A stretch of DNA of 64,000 bases from contig CAVNZM010000004.1 in the NCBI GenBank assembly GCA_963693365.1, forward strand, positions 14,134,524 to 14,198,523, given 5' to 3'. Every line of letters begins with the position of its first letter. The stretch's first letter is position 1. This document shows, piece after piece, positions 63,441-64,000 of the stretch. Under the pieces are notes generated by a model that was not told the origin of the DNA, made no database searches, and saw nothing but the letters and a program-made list of their open reading frames with translations. Origin of the DNA: Amoebidium appalachense. Its lineage: Eukaryota > Protista > Ichthyosporea. The translations under genes and the position numbers were made by a program.

Positions 63441-64000
63441 AAGAGAAATCAATTAGTTGGGGTTCCCCGTCAGAATCTTTTTTTTTTAATTTTTTAATTT
63501 TTTAATTTTTTTAAGGGGCTCCCCTTGTTGTAATACGTAGTATTTACATATTGTAAGATCTTCTCAGTTCGTGTTATGTTTTGATTCATTTACTTAGTGT
63601 AAAAGATGTGCTCCTTGTACGTAAATTATGACATCGATCTCCAGCGTGTTTGAGTACTTGTAGTCGTGTTGTGTCGGCTATATTCGTGTGTTTAGATATG
63701 GATTACAGCAACTGATTATAGGTACACGAGTCTACCCAGTGAGGGAGAAACATCATACGGTACATATTTATGTGTACATGAATATCTTCGGTTACAACTG
63801 TGTTTTCATGTTCGTGTTTCCTGTCCTGCTTTCTTTTCTTTTTCCTCATTCTTCTTCTTTCTTTTCTCTTTCTTTCTTCTCTTGTTTCCTTTCACATAAT
63901 TATATTTCTTTCTCACTAATATACATTGAGTAGATTTATATTACTCGTTACGTTTTGATTGGTAGAAAAACACTTAGGTTACACTTTAGCTTGTCATGTA

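Overview
Intron-rich eukaryotic genomic DNA, probably from a unicellular holozoan. This is an inference from an HRDxAARN-type tyrosine kinase, a PACSIN-type F-BAR domain and GT-AG introns. Introns are packed with (CA)n/(GT)n microsatellites and long poly-C/poly-G runs, and these generate most of the supplied ORF track as artefacts. In order, the window holds: a frameshifted, intronless sugar-porter pseudogene (3.3-4.9 kb); an apparently intact 3.0-kb pogo/Fot-type DD35D transposon nested in a small PIF/Harbinger-like MITE (5.5-8.9 kb); a mitochondrial SUV3 helicase gene (- strand) head-to-head with an RGG/G-patch gene (+ strand); a 6-phosphofructokinase gene (- strand); a roughly 20-exon gene fusing a PACSIN/syndapin-type F-BAR domain directly to a tyrosine kinase domain, with no SH2 or SH3 seen (+ strand, 45.6-59.5 kb); and a second Harbinger-like MITE plus several minisatellites and dispersed repeats. 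The two strongest leads are the PACSIN-F-BAR/tyrosine-kinase architecture and a splice-acceptor pattern in which (CA)n tracts sit where the polypyrimidine tract should be. Exon boundaries were read by eye and are approximate unless stated.
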